A stretch of 64,000 nucleotides of DNA from Sphyrna mokarran (Eukaryota), in NCBI GenBank assembly GCA_024679065.1, contig JAGIQG010000020.1, positions 8,928,001-8,992,000 on the forward strand, in the 5' to 3' direction. Made by a program: the position numbers and the translations under genes. The stretch's first letter is position 1; each line of letters opens with the position of its first letter. The notes beneath the pieces are model-generated. The model searched no databases. It saw only the letters and a list, made by a program, of their open reading frames with translations, and was not told the origin of the DNA. This document shows positions 33,850 to 46,200 of the stretch, piece after piece.

Positions 33850-35780
33850 AAGGTAAGATCTAGGGGCCATCCGGTTCATTGAGCCTGCTCCGCCATTCAG
33901 TAAGATTATGGCTGATCTTTTCGTGGACTCAGCTGCACTTAGCCGCCCACTCACCATAACCCTTAATTCCGTTACTGTTCAAAAACCTATCTATCCTTGT
34001 CTTAAAAACATTCAACGAGGTAGCTTCAACTGCTTCACTGGACAGGGAATTCCACAGATTCACAATCCTTTGGGTGAAGAAGTTCCTCCTCAACTCAGTC
34101 CTAAATCTTGTTTTGAGGCCATGCCTCTTAGTTCTAGTTTCACGTGCCAGTGGAAACAACCTCCCTTCTTTTATATTATCGATTACCTTCATAATCTTAT
34201 ATGTTTTATAAGATCTTCCCTCATTCTTCTGAATTCCAATAAGCATAGTCCCAGTCTACTCAGTGTCTCCTCATAAGTCAATCTTCTCAACTTCAGAATC
34301 AACCTCTTGAATCTCCTGTGCACCCCGTCCAGTGCCATTATATTCTTTCTCAAGTAAGGAGGCTAAAACTATACATAGTACTCCAGGCGTGGCCTCATCA
34401 GCACCTTAGACAGCTGCAATATAACGTCAATGTTTTTAAATTCCATACCTCTAGCAATGAAGGACAAAATTCCATTTGCGTTCTTAATTACCTGTTGCAC
34501 CCGCAAACCAACTTTTTGTGACACATGCACATGGACACCTGGGTCACTCTCCGCAACAGCGTACTGAACTTTTTGCTATTTAAATAAGTCCATATTTTTG
34601 TTATTCTTAGCAGAATGGATGACCTCACATTTGACAACATTGTACTCCACGTGTCAGCCCCTTGCCCACTTACTTAGACTATCTATATCATTTCGCAGAC
34701 TTTCAATGTTCTCTGCATACATTGCTCTCCCACTCATCTTATTGTCATATGGAAATTCTAACGCATTGCACTTGGTCCTCATCGTAACGCAGGACAGTTA
34801 GTCAGATATTTCAAGTCCAGACAAGTCGTGGGGGTTAGAAATAGCGTGACATGTGTCCAAAATCCCGCTTGAAATGTCCTCATGTGTGCGGAACTTGGCT
34901 ATCAGTCTCAGCTGGAGATTGCTATTGTCCGGAGAGAATGGAGAGAATACACATCTCTTTATCCTGTGTTTAACGTTCTTTCCACTCACATTGTCTGTAC
35001 CTTTAAGACTTGATTAGCTGTAAAGGCTCGCATTCCGATCATTATTTTATAAATTGAGTTTGTGTCTTTATACGCCCCGTTTGTGAATAGAAATCCCACT
35101 CACTTGACGAAGGGACAGCAAGCGCTCCAAAAGCTAATGGCTTTTGCCGCCAAATAAACCTGTTGGACTTTAATCTGGTGGTTTGAGACTTCTTGCTAGC
35201 TTTATTTTATGGCTTTATCAAATGCCTTCTGGATATGTTTTAATTTGATTTATTATTATCACATGTATTAGAATACGGTGAAAAGTACATACGCCAAATC
35301 CACAGGTTCCGCATTATAATATTCTCAAAGAATTCTACCAAATTAGTCAAACATGGCAAGTCCTTCATGAACCCAAGCTGTGTCTTCCCAATAGAATAAT
35401 TGACATCCAGATGTCTTATTATTTCTTCCTTGATGATAGACTCAAGCATTTTCCCTATTACAGAAGTTAAGCTAACCGATCTATAGGTACCCGCCTTTTG
35501 TCCACCTTTTTTAAACAGCGGCGTCACATTGCTATTTTCCAATCTGCGTGAACAAACCCAGAGTCTATCGAATTTTAGTAAATTACCCCTATTGCGTTTG
35601 CTATTTCCCCTTCGATCTCTTTCAGTATCCCGGGGATGCACTCCATCAGGGTCAGGAGACTCGTCTACCTTCAGCCCCATTAGCTTGCTCAACACTATCT
35701 CTTTAATGATAGTGATAGTTTCTAGGTCCTCACCTGCTATAACATTCTTGCCAGCAATTTTTGGCATGTTATTTGTCAGC
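33850..35780 (-). mobile_element. CR1-like LINE fragment interrupted by a Penelope-like insertion
   Basis: ORFs 35240..35782 (VTPLFKKG...YRSVSLTSVIGKMLESII) and 33929..34246 (RRNFFTQRIVNLWNSL); paralog of 17170-18745. Confidence 0.85.
34798..35195. mobile_element. Penelope-like element terminus with internal inversion
   Basis: Minus-strand LIAKFRTHED motif next to an oppositely oriented terminal repeat (...aaataaacctgttggactttaa). Same family as 61300-61800; absent from unit A. Confidence 0.6.
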
Positions 35781-37489
35781 ATGTGGAACCTTTCACTTCA
35801 CAAACAGATGTGTTGATTGTGAAACCTGAGAAGTGTGCTGAAGCTTTATATAGTTGTGGTTAGATCAAAACTAACATGTTGCCTCCAGTTCGGGCACCAC
35901 TCTTTAGGGAGGATATGAGGATCCTTAACAGGATGCAGAGGAGATTCGCCAAGATGTTCTAGGAAATTTAGGTACAAGGTTAAGTGGGAGAGCTGGGGTT
36001 CAGTTGGGAAAAAGGGACTTGATGGAAGTGCACAAGGCAATGGCAGTTTCCCATAAGGTGAAGACAGAAAAACAATTCCAATTTTCTGATGGTACAATGA
36101 GCAGCAGACATAGATTTAGGGATTTGGGCAAAAAGTACAGGAAATATCTGAGAAAGGTCTATTTTTTGTGAAATGAACACGAGAGTGCTAGAAGCAGAGA
36201 CTATCATTGATTTCAAAAGAAACTAAGATATGCACCGCATGGAAACACGCTTGCATGTTACAGAATAGAGCGAGGAAATGCGATTGATTATATTGCTCAT
36301 TGAGTGAATCAGGAATGTAGGGAACCATTTCAAGAGCAACAACAAGTATTCCAAAGATATGTCGATCAGATAAAGCTAAGGCAGGATCTATGAGCATTCT
36401 AGATCTGGAAGCACTGAGCTGTACTTAGAATTAAGAGATCACATTGATCAGATCCCACCTTTGCAGTGGGATCCCACCTTTGCAGACGTTAATCAAATTG
36501 CATCTGTAAATCTAAGTATAGTATATCTACAGGTTCTCTTTTATACACAGCATGGGCTACTTACTCAGAGGCCTCCAATAAATCGGTTAAACCTGATTTT
36601 CCTTTCACAAAACCTGATTATGTTAACCTTGTTCAATTGCCCTGCTATAACTTATTTAATAATAGCTTCTAATATTTTCCCTTCGACAGAAGTTAAGGTA
36701 TAGTTTCCCACGTTCTCTCTCCCTCCCTTCTTCAACAATGGAATAAGATTTGCAACTTCCAATCTAACGGGACATTTCCCAAATCTATGGAGTTTTGAAA
36801 GCTTAGAGCCAATGCATCAATTATTTAACTAAATACTTCTTTTAAGCACCAGAGGGAAGTCCATCCGGATCTGGACTCTTATCAGCCCATAACTCCGATC
36901 ATTTGATCAGTACCACTTCTCCTGTGGCTGTAACTTTCCTGAGCTATTGGGGCCCTTCCACTTTCTGGTTTATTACTGCTTCTGAGAGGTATCAGCACCA
37001 TACAGACAGCAATGCATTAAGAGGGTTGTTCACAGCCATTGCCTCATGGACAATTGGTGATAAACGATAAATGCTGACATTGCCAGCAGCACTAATACCC
37101 TATAAGTGAATTTAGAAAATTATGGGAAAAGAACGCAGAATTTGGCTGGGATCTCCAAGTTTAACTCAAGAAAAACGACTTAAGGAGACAAAGCCTCCTG
37201 ATCTCTTTATCATCAAATCTATCAATAATATTCATTCCTGCCAGCCTAGCGAAGGAGACAAATGACACCCAGTGCTTAATCTCACTCCCAAGATTGTCGA
37301 TGAGTGCCTCAAGAATCTCACCAGTATGACCAGGGCAAGTTAGATATTACACCAGGGCAACATATATACTGGGTACCAACATACTCTTCATCTTGTAACC
37401 AGCAGTAATCACAACTTCTGTTGTGTATTTTCGTTAACTGTAATATCTACAGACTATTTGTAGGAGTTTTCAACATATTGGCTTCTTAG

Positions 37490-37735
37490 AGCGGCACAGT
37501 GGGACCCTAGTTCAACTACGGCCGTGGGTCACTGTCTGTGTGAAGTTTGCAAGTTCTCCAAATGTCTGTGTGAGCTTTCTCCGGGTGCTCTGGTTTCCCC
37601 CCACACTCCAAAGATGTACGAGTTAGGTGTATTGGCCCTACTAAATTGCCCCTTAATGTCATGGGGAATAGCGGGAGAATACGTGGGGATATGGGGATTG
37701 GGCCTGGGTGGCACTGTAATCGGTGCAACCTCGAC
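37490..37735 (+). mobile_element. HE1/V-SINE-like element
   Basis: Core gggtcactgtctgtgtgaagtttgc...ctccgggtgctctggtttcc. Confidence 0.65.
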
Positions 37736-40559
37736 GGCAGGGTGGCGATAAGACGGCATAGAGGGGCGGAATGGGGTTTGAGAATGGTGAAGCAAGGAGC
37801 GGTAGGGCTGAAATGAGAGAGATGAATGGATTGAAACCGGTATGGCGTGAGAGAATGACATGAATGAAATGAAAGAATGGAATTTAGGTTTAAAGAGGTA
37901 CTGTTGCAATAAAAATACTGATTTCACCGCAAATACTTTGCTGGCCCTGTTAGTTATGTTTAATTGAATTCAACAAACTGACTGAGGGGCACCGAATGTC
38001 AACAGGATTCTAACCTCAAAGGTAGCAATACAAATCAAAAGAAAAAAAGCTGGAAAATCTCAGCAGGTCTGGTAGCGTCTGTAAGGAGAGAAAAAAGCTC
38101 ACGTTTCGAGTCCAGATGATCCTTTGTCAAGCACCAATACAAAACTGAACAGTCTGAGTGCGAATTAAAATACTCATTCTCATTTAACAACATTTGTCAC
38201 ATTTGATTTAGATAAGGCGAGAGTCACTATTCCCTCTCACTATTGTAGGGAAATAACCTTATCGATTCCATTAAATCTCAATTACATGCAACCCCGTAGT
38301 ATGGTTCGATTCTTTCGACAGTAACCAGCATGTAAATGACTGAGAAAAATCAGTCGATGGGTACAAACATCCATGTAGTGGGGATTGTAGGGATGCTGGG
38401 GCATGATCCATTTGTATCCTGAGTTAGCTACTCGGTGTAGCATTTGGCTCTCATTAACCTAAACATTGATTCAGATATCGTGTTGACTTGTGTAGCACTT
38501 AGAACGGGGAGGAAATACTAACAAGTGGTTTTCTCAGCTCAGTTAGAAAACCAATATAGGGACATACTGAACTGTTTCTTTGCACTCTTCAATGTTAAAC
38601 GGCTGCTTATTAATTTTTTTGTATCTTACACTAGATGTGGTATTTAACTTTGTCCAGCATGAATATACGTTTTACCCTACCTTCCACAGAAACATTAAAC
38701 TAAACCCATTTAATTCCAATGTTCATCGATACAAATATAAATTCATTCAAATTATCTTTGTTTTCCTAACATAAAAATATATTTGAAACTATTCAGCCAA
38801 TTCAGTCTGTCCCAGCAGTTCAATTAGATCAAAGTTGATCTATACTTGAAGTCCATTCACCCACCGTGTTTCACATCCTGTGATAAATCTTGCTGAATAA
38901 AACTTATCAATTTCGGTCTTAAAAGTCTCAACTGGCGTAGCATTCTTCGCTTTTTAATAGAACCTGTTCCAGACTGTCACATTCTTTTGTTATCACTCTT
39001 CTTACAACCAGAGAGAAATAGGTTCTATTTCTCCTGTTGAATTTTTTGGTAATGTTCATGATTAGTTTAGATGACACCCCTTTGACTTCGCGTGCAACAC
39101 GCAGAATTTCACGATTAAAATCTCGCTATTGAAACACGTTTAGAAAGTTGCCAATTATTTGTGTAGGCATATTGGAAAAAAAAAGAATATCCACACTAAA
39201 TTTAATGAAATAGCCCTTATTTAAATTGCAGGATTAATGACGATGCCAAGAATGTTTGATCAGATCAATGTGAACATGCAAGCAGAGGTTCCTACAGACA
39301 AACTGCATCTATCGGTGGATCTTGAAGTGTTCCACTTAAAATCAAATAGCAATATCTGAATATGTAATCTTAACGAAATTATTTGTTCTAATGCAATGTT
39401 GTGTGTAAAATAATACCTCAGACTGTTAATGAGTCAAAATGCAGCGGGTTTCATTCCAAAGCTTTGGGGAGAAACTGGCTCCGATTAAGGCTTACCAGAT
39501 TTCTCATAGAACAGAAGCACAAGTGGACATATATAAGTTCCAGCAGGAATCACGATTCAAAGTTCCAATTCCTGCCAGACCTCCAGTTCTTCCTTCCTGG
39601 GTCGTGATGCAGCCCCAGAGTTAATCAGGAATTACAGTCCTGCAGTCAGGACACAGGAACTCCTTCTGCAGCAGTGCCCGCATCCCTTCTTTGAAGTTAC
39701 TTGGCCAATCGTGACTGTCCCAGTGGCATTCTTCTTGTTAAAAGCCGGTATCGTGATCTGCCATCAAAGCTTTTAAAAGCTGGTATCATAAACCACCATC
39801 TATGTAACGATTTCCACGAATACAAACAGGTAAGATTTGCAAAGTCTACAAAGTAACAGTCACATTTAACTATCAGCTGTTATAGAAGTTTCATATACTT
39901 TAACATGAACAAATAACTTATATTACTGCCAGGAACAGTATAAGCTTAAGGTGATCAGTCATGAGGACGGGTTATGTTTGTGACATATTCTAAGTATAAA
40001 ATCCACTAACCCTTTCCGTTCAAGTACAAAATGCATTCATCCTTTCCCCTACTTCATGCAATAACAGGTCAGCACATAATATTATTGAATTTCAGCCCTC
40101 TAGATCCTGCGATGCTGGCTTGAAGCGAGTTTCCTAAGTCCCGTGTTTAACCACAACTAGAACACCATCCATTCACATTGCGAAAGAGAAGCCAATTCTA
40201 ATGCAGCCATTTTCCTGGTGGCACAGTTGAGACATGAGTCAATTCTTGCGACAACCTCAAAGTGATACAACCAAAACATTTGGAGGGAGACAAATACTAT
40301 GAGTGTCATCCTATTATTTCCGTATAGAGATGATAGAAGTAGAACTAACTTTGCGTCTAAAGATGTATACGAACTCAAGATATAATGCATACATTTATAT
40401 CTGGGTCTTTGGTTACATTAGCGTCACTACTCGGGATTTTCAGCTGTCAGAAAATGGCTTTTGTTACCGAATTCGCTGCAATGTTCCTACGTTAATTAAA
40501 TCTTGATGGTATCATCTGGAAACTATGAATAATATCGCACTGTGGACCATTCAACACAT

Positions 40560-42370
40560 GTTGACAGATCACATGAAATGATATGTTTCCGGTCCAATCA
40601 TTTCGGGGACAATGGCTGGCCACGGAAAAATGGAAAGTATCAACCCAGAGCAGGGATAATTAACTGGAGGAAACCTAACTTCAATGGGATGAGAATACAT
40701 CTCAGTCCAGTGAGGTGGAATGAAATGTTGACAGAAAATGCAGTGATTGAACGATGGGTTACTTTTAAAGAGATAGCATTGAAGACAATGTCAAGGTATA
40801 TTTCTTTGAAGGGGAAAGGTAAGACAAACAAATCTAGAGCACCCTGGATGACAAGAGAAATAGAGTATAGATCAAAAATAAGAAATACACGACAGGTGTC
40901 AAATAAAAAAAATCAATGAAGAGTCAGGTTGTTTATAAAAGTATCAGAGAGGAAATGACGAAAGGCAAGGCAAAGCGAGAGCGTGAGAAGAGATTGGGGA
41001 CTGACATAAAATGGAATACAGAAATCTTTTAGAAGCATGTAAATAAAAAAAGATGGTAAAAGAAAGAATTTGGGCATTTTAAAGAATGAGTCTTGCTTGT
41101 GGAGGCAGGAGAAAGAGCGAAGGTATTCAATTAGTACTTTGCATATGTCTTTACAGAGAAAGAGAATGCTACCCCGGCTGAAGTGAGAGAAGAAGTAATT
41201 TAAGGAATTTAAAATTGACAAGAAGGAGGAAAGGAATCTTTATGTAAAATTGATAATGAAGCAGAAGGAGGCGAGGACTGAAATTGGTGAGGCAATCAAG
41301 TAGACTCCGTTAGATGTAAGTGTGGTGGTGGAGGAGTGGAGAATTTTAAATGTTACACCCTAGTTCTAAAAGGAATGCGATGGCAAAGTCGGCAATTGCA
41401 GCCCAATCAGTCTGACTTCAGTGGTAGGGAAACTTCTGGAAAATGTGTTTGTGGCAAAATCAATAGTCACTTCAATAAGTACTTAAGAAAACCAACATTA
41501 GGGGAAAATAATGTTTAATTAACTTGATGGAGCTTTTTGAGGATGCTACTGAGAAGGTTAATCATGGCAATGCTGCTAATGTAGTATATGTTCATTTTCA
41601 AAAGGCATTTTGAGTGCCACACAAACAATTGAGCAAATTTCTAGCTTATGAAATAAATAGACAAGTAGGAATTAGGATAATAAATTGGCTGAGAGAGATG
41701 GACCAGGTTGATTTTTGCTGATTCGAGGAAAGTTTGTATTGGAGTTCCACATTGTTCAGCGTTGGGACCTTTGCTCTTCCGTAGATATATGAAGAGTGGT
41801 GCAGGGGAAGATTTCAAAATTTACAGATGATGCAAAGATTGAGACTGTTGCAACTTGATGAAGATAATCTTCAACATCAAAAGGATCCAGACACATAGAT
41901 GCATTGAAAGGAGAAGTGGCAGATGCAGAGCAGTGTGAGGTGATTCATTTTGGCAGAAAGAATATGAGGAGAAAATAAAGAGAGAAATTCTAAAAAGGTG
42001 CAGGAACAGAGGGACCTCGTTACATATGCATATAAGTAACTGAGATGACAGAGCATGCTGAGAGAACAGTTAATAAAGTACATGTTATCTTAGGACTTAT
42101 TAATAAGGGCAATGTGTACAAGAGTAAGAAGGTTATTTTGAACTTGAAGACACTAGTTAGGCCTCACGTGGAGTACTGCGTCCAATTCTGCACACTACAC
42201 TTGAGGGAGGATGTGACGGCGTTGGGGAGAATACAAAACAGGGTCGCAAAAATGATTCAAAGGATAAAGAATTATAGCTATGGGGATAGATTAAATAGAT
42301 TGTGTCTGTTTTCTCTGGAGAAAAGAAGGCTGTGAGGATCCTTAATAGGGTATTCAAGATCCTGTGGCAT
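40560..42370 (+). mobile_element. Degenerate CR1-like LINE ORF2
   Basis: ORFs 40542..40919 (NWRKPNFNGMR...RAPWMTREI) and 42045..42335 (LVRPHVEYCVQF...LFSLEKRRL). Confidence 0.85.
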
Positions 42371-42746
42371 GAATAGTTTTAAAAGTTTAAAGTTTTTTTA
42401 TTGATGTCACAAATAGGCTTACATTAACACTGTATGAAGTGACGGTGAAAATCCGCTAGTCGCCACACGCCAGTGCCTGTTCGACTACACTGAGGAAGAA
42501 TTAAGCATTGCCACTACATCTAACCAGCATATCTTTCACACTGTGGAGGAAAACCAGAGTACTTGGAGTAAGTCCAAGCAGACACGGGAAGAGTGTGCAG
42601 ACTCCGTACAGACAGTGACCCAAGCTGGGCATTGAACTCTGGTCTCTGGCATTGTAAGGCAGCAATGCTAATCACTGTGCCACCCTAAAACAAAACCGTA
42701 ACTGAATTCATTCGGGATTTGAACGTGGCACTGTTTGCACTCTCAT

Positions 42747-44410
42747 ACAAAGAACAAAGAAGAACAAAGAATAAAACAGCAAGGGAAACAAGCCCTTCTG
42801 CCCAACAAGCCCGCGCCGCCACCTTGATGTTCCCACTGCTACCCATGATCTCTGTCTATGTTTATAGATTTATGCATTGGAACCAAATTTGAGACAATTT
42901 AGGGAGAATTTGTTCTGTCAATTAGCCTAAGAGCACATCTTTGGGATGTGGGAGGAAACCAGAGTACCCAGAGAAAACCCATGCAAGCACGGAAAGAATG
43001 TGCAAACTCCCACAGACACAGGCCCAAATCCATGTATCTGCAGAGCACAGCGATAGTCACTGAGCTGTCGTGTTGCCCATCAAATGATCCAGGTCAAGCG
43101 TACGCTAACGACGTGAAGCACTAGGATACTCTCGAAAAACCCAGGAGCAGTCCTCTCACGGCCCATAGAGTGTATGCTCCTTGTTAGACAACAAGGCGGA
43201 CTGAAGTACCTGTAGGATAAAACAGAAATACATCAATATCATCCACAATTTACACAATTCCCAGGGAACTCCCAAGGCTCTTGATCCCTATTTTACATCA
43301 GTTTTCTATATTCTTCCATTCCCATTCTGTTCATGTGCCCATCTAAGCATCTCTTAAATAACTCCAGAGTTCCTGCCTCTACCACTTTTCTTGGCAGCGC
43401 ATTCCATAACCCCACCATCCTTTGTGTGAAAATACTCTCTCTAGCATCCAAATTATACCTTGCCCCCCTCACCCTAAGCCCGTGACCCCTTGTGCTATTC
43501 GAGTCCATCCTAGGAAAAAGCTTAACCCTGTTTACTCCATCTATACCCCTCATAATCTTGTACACCTCTATTACATCTCCTCTAAGTCTACATCTTTCCA
43601 AGGAAAACAGCCCCAATTTGCCTAACCTCTCCTCATAACTCAGACCTTCCATACCAGGCAGCATCCTGGTAAACCTCCTCTGCACTCTCTCCAGAGTCTC
43701 CACGTCCTTCCGGTAGTAAGGCAATCAGAACTGGACGCAGAATTCCAAATGAAGTCTAACCAACGTTCTATACAAAGAACAAAGAACAAAATAGCATGGG
43801 AAACAGGCCCTTCAGCCCAACGAGCCTGTGCTGCCACCCCGATGTTCCCACCTCTACCCATGATCCCTGTCTATGTTTATAGATCCATGGATTAAAAACA
43901 ACTGCAACATTAAAGGCCAGCTCTTGTTCTCTATACCCTTCCTATTAAGGCTAGCATATCATATGCTTTCTTCACAACCTTCTCCACCTGCTCTGGCATC
44001 TTCAGAGACTTGTGCACCTGCACCCCCAGGTCCCTCTGCGTTTCTATACTCTTAATAGGTCTACCCTTTATCATATACCTCCCCACTACATTCTTTTTCC
44101 CAAAATGCATCACCTCACATTTATCAGGATTGAATTCCATCTGCCATCTGTCTGCCCAAGCTACCAGTCTATCTATGTCCTGCTGTATCGCCTGACAATG
44201 CTCCTCACTATCCGCAAGTCCAGCCATCTTTGTATCGTCTGCAAACTTGCTGATCACTCCACTTACTCCCTCTTCCAAGTCATTTACATATGTTATAAAT
44301 AGAAGAGGTCCCAGTACTGAGTCCGGCGACACACCACTCGTGACCGACTTCCAGCTAGAAAAACACCTTTCCTATTACCAAGCCAGTTACTTATCCATCT
44401 AGCTACCTGA
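42747..44410 (-). mobile_element. CR1-like LINE with long SINE-core-containing 3' UTR and a nested insertion at about 43770-43905
   Basis: ORFs 43931..44332 (SKFADDTK) and 43293..43724 (LERVQRRFTRMLPG). Closely similar to 4975-6371; (AAAGAAC)n tail at 42747-42775. Confidence 0.9.
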
Positions 44411-44429
44411 GGGAATGCGAAGCGGGAAC

Positions 44430-44733
44430 TATGCATTGCTGTGCTGTGCAAATATATGGATTTGGGCCTGTGTCTGTGGGAGTTTGCGCATTCTCCCCGT
44501 GCTTGCGTGGGTTTTGTCCTGGTGCTCCGGTTTCCTCCCACATCCCAAAGATGTGCTCTTAGGCTGATTGGCAAAACGAATTCTCCCTAAATTGTCTCGC
44601 AAATTTAGTTCCGATGCAGATTTCTACGAATATAGACAGGGATAACGGGTGGAAGTGGGAACGTCGAGGTGGCGGTGCCGGCTCGTTGGGCCGAAGGGCC
44701 TGTTTCCGGTGCTGTTTTGTTCTTTGTTCTTTG
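44430..44733 (+). mobile_element. SINE-like element sharing its 3' end with the adjacent CR1
   Basis: Inverted match to 42760-43050, ending TGTTCTTTGTTCTTTG; another copy is at about 56930-57145. Confidence 0.65.
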
Positions 44734-45003
44734 AGTTACGCACGCAAATATTTCCGCTCAGTTTGCTGATCTATTACTTTACTGGCTTTGGCTCATCTAG
44801 GTATGGTTGACATAGGCATACCAACCCCACAGGGATATTCGATAGAACCACAGTATCCATTGAATCCCTACAGTGCAGGAGGATTCGATTCATCTCCTGT
44901 GTTTGCTGCCTTATGTAAGGCGGATACACTGAAAACATTGCTGTTCTCACAGATCTGCAGAATATTTGCAGCATTTTTTTGTTTTCACTCCAGATGTCCA
45001 GAA

Positions 45004-45503
45004 CTGCTGATAAATAGATGAAATTTAACCTTTCATAATGAATTTCAGTTAAATTTGGTGACTCCCGCGCGCCCTCCGGTGGTGATAGAGATTGCAAAGT
45101 TGATGCCACCAAGGACCGTCAAGTATCCCTTCACGTTCGATAGCACCAGCAGGTTCTGAAGTATTTCTGTTAAGAGGTAGAACCAATATAAATTGTTTTT
45201 GTATTTGGGACATGTGTGGCAGTCGCAACTAATTTTTTCAGGAAAATTAGATAATTTTGAAATTTCTGCGACAGACGAGGTCTGGTATACCGTTGATTCC
45301 CAAAAATAATAGAAAGTTTATATTGGTTCTACCTCTTAACAGAAATACTCCAGAACCTCTTGGTGCTATCGAATGTGAAGGGATATTTGACGGTCCGTGG
45401 TGACATCAGCCTTGCAATCTCTATCACCACTGGAGGGCGCGCGAAAGTCACCAAATTTAACAAATTAATTATGAAAGGTTAAATTTCATCTATTTATCAT
45501 CAG
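45004..45503. mobile_element. Foldback/MITE-like palindromic element
   Basis: 45008-45193 is the reverse complement of 45316-45499 with scattered mismatches, and the interior is also weakly symmetric. No clear target-site duplication was seen. Confidence 0.75.
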
Positions 45504-45774
45504 GCCGCAAGGATGAATAAGTCGTGAAAGCGCCTATAAAATTCAACATTGTTGTCATTCTTTGTGCTGATGATTTCAGCAAATCTAACCAAGTCTCCAA
45601 AAAAACCTTCCGCTGTGCACAGTCTTTCACTAACTTTGTTAATTTAATTTCAACATTACAAATTAAGCAGGTAGCATCCCTTTAAGCATTTTTACTAATG
45701 TTGCATCTATAACTTATTGGACTTGCACATTCCAAATCTTCAATCCGTTTATAGTGAAGTTTGCTCTGTTTCAT

Positions 45775-46200
45775 TATAGAACCATGGAACCATAGAAAAT
45801 TACAGCTCAGAAACAGGCCTTTTGGCCGAACCATTTTTCTGCCTAGTCCCACTGACCTGCACCTGGACCATATCCCTCCATACCCCTCTCATCCATATGC
45901 CTGTCCAAGTTTTTCTTAAATATTAAAAGTGAGCCCGCATTCACCACTTCATCTGGAAGCTCATTTCACACTCCCATCACTCTCTGCGTGAAGAAGCTAC
46001 CTCCTAATATTCCTTTTGAACTTTCTCCCCTTCACGCTTAATCCATGTTCGCTTGGTTTTTTTTCTCCCCTAGCCTCAGTGGAAAAAACCTGCTTGCATT
46101 CACTCTATCTATACCCATCATAATTTTATACACGTCTATCAAATCTCCCCTCATTCTTCTACGCTCCAGGGAATAAAATCCTAACCTAGTCAACTTTAGT
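45775..46200 (-). mobile_element. CR1-like LINE 3' end
   Basis: Has a catagaaccatggaaccatagaa tail and the reverse complement of a CR1 ORF2 C-terminus (LFSLERRRMRGDLI). Confidence 0.7.

Larger units (their letters stand above)
18875..35800. repeat. Tandem segmental duplication, unit B (contains IgL cluster 2)
   Basis: Collinear with unit A. A third copy of the unit start runs from about 35805 to 36310 and then loses similarity. Confidence 0.85.
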
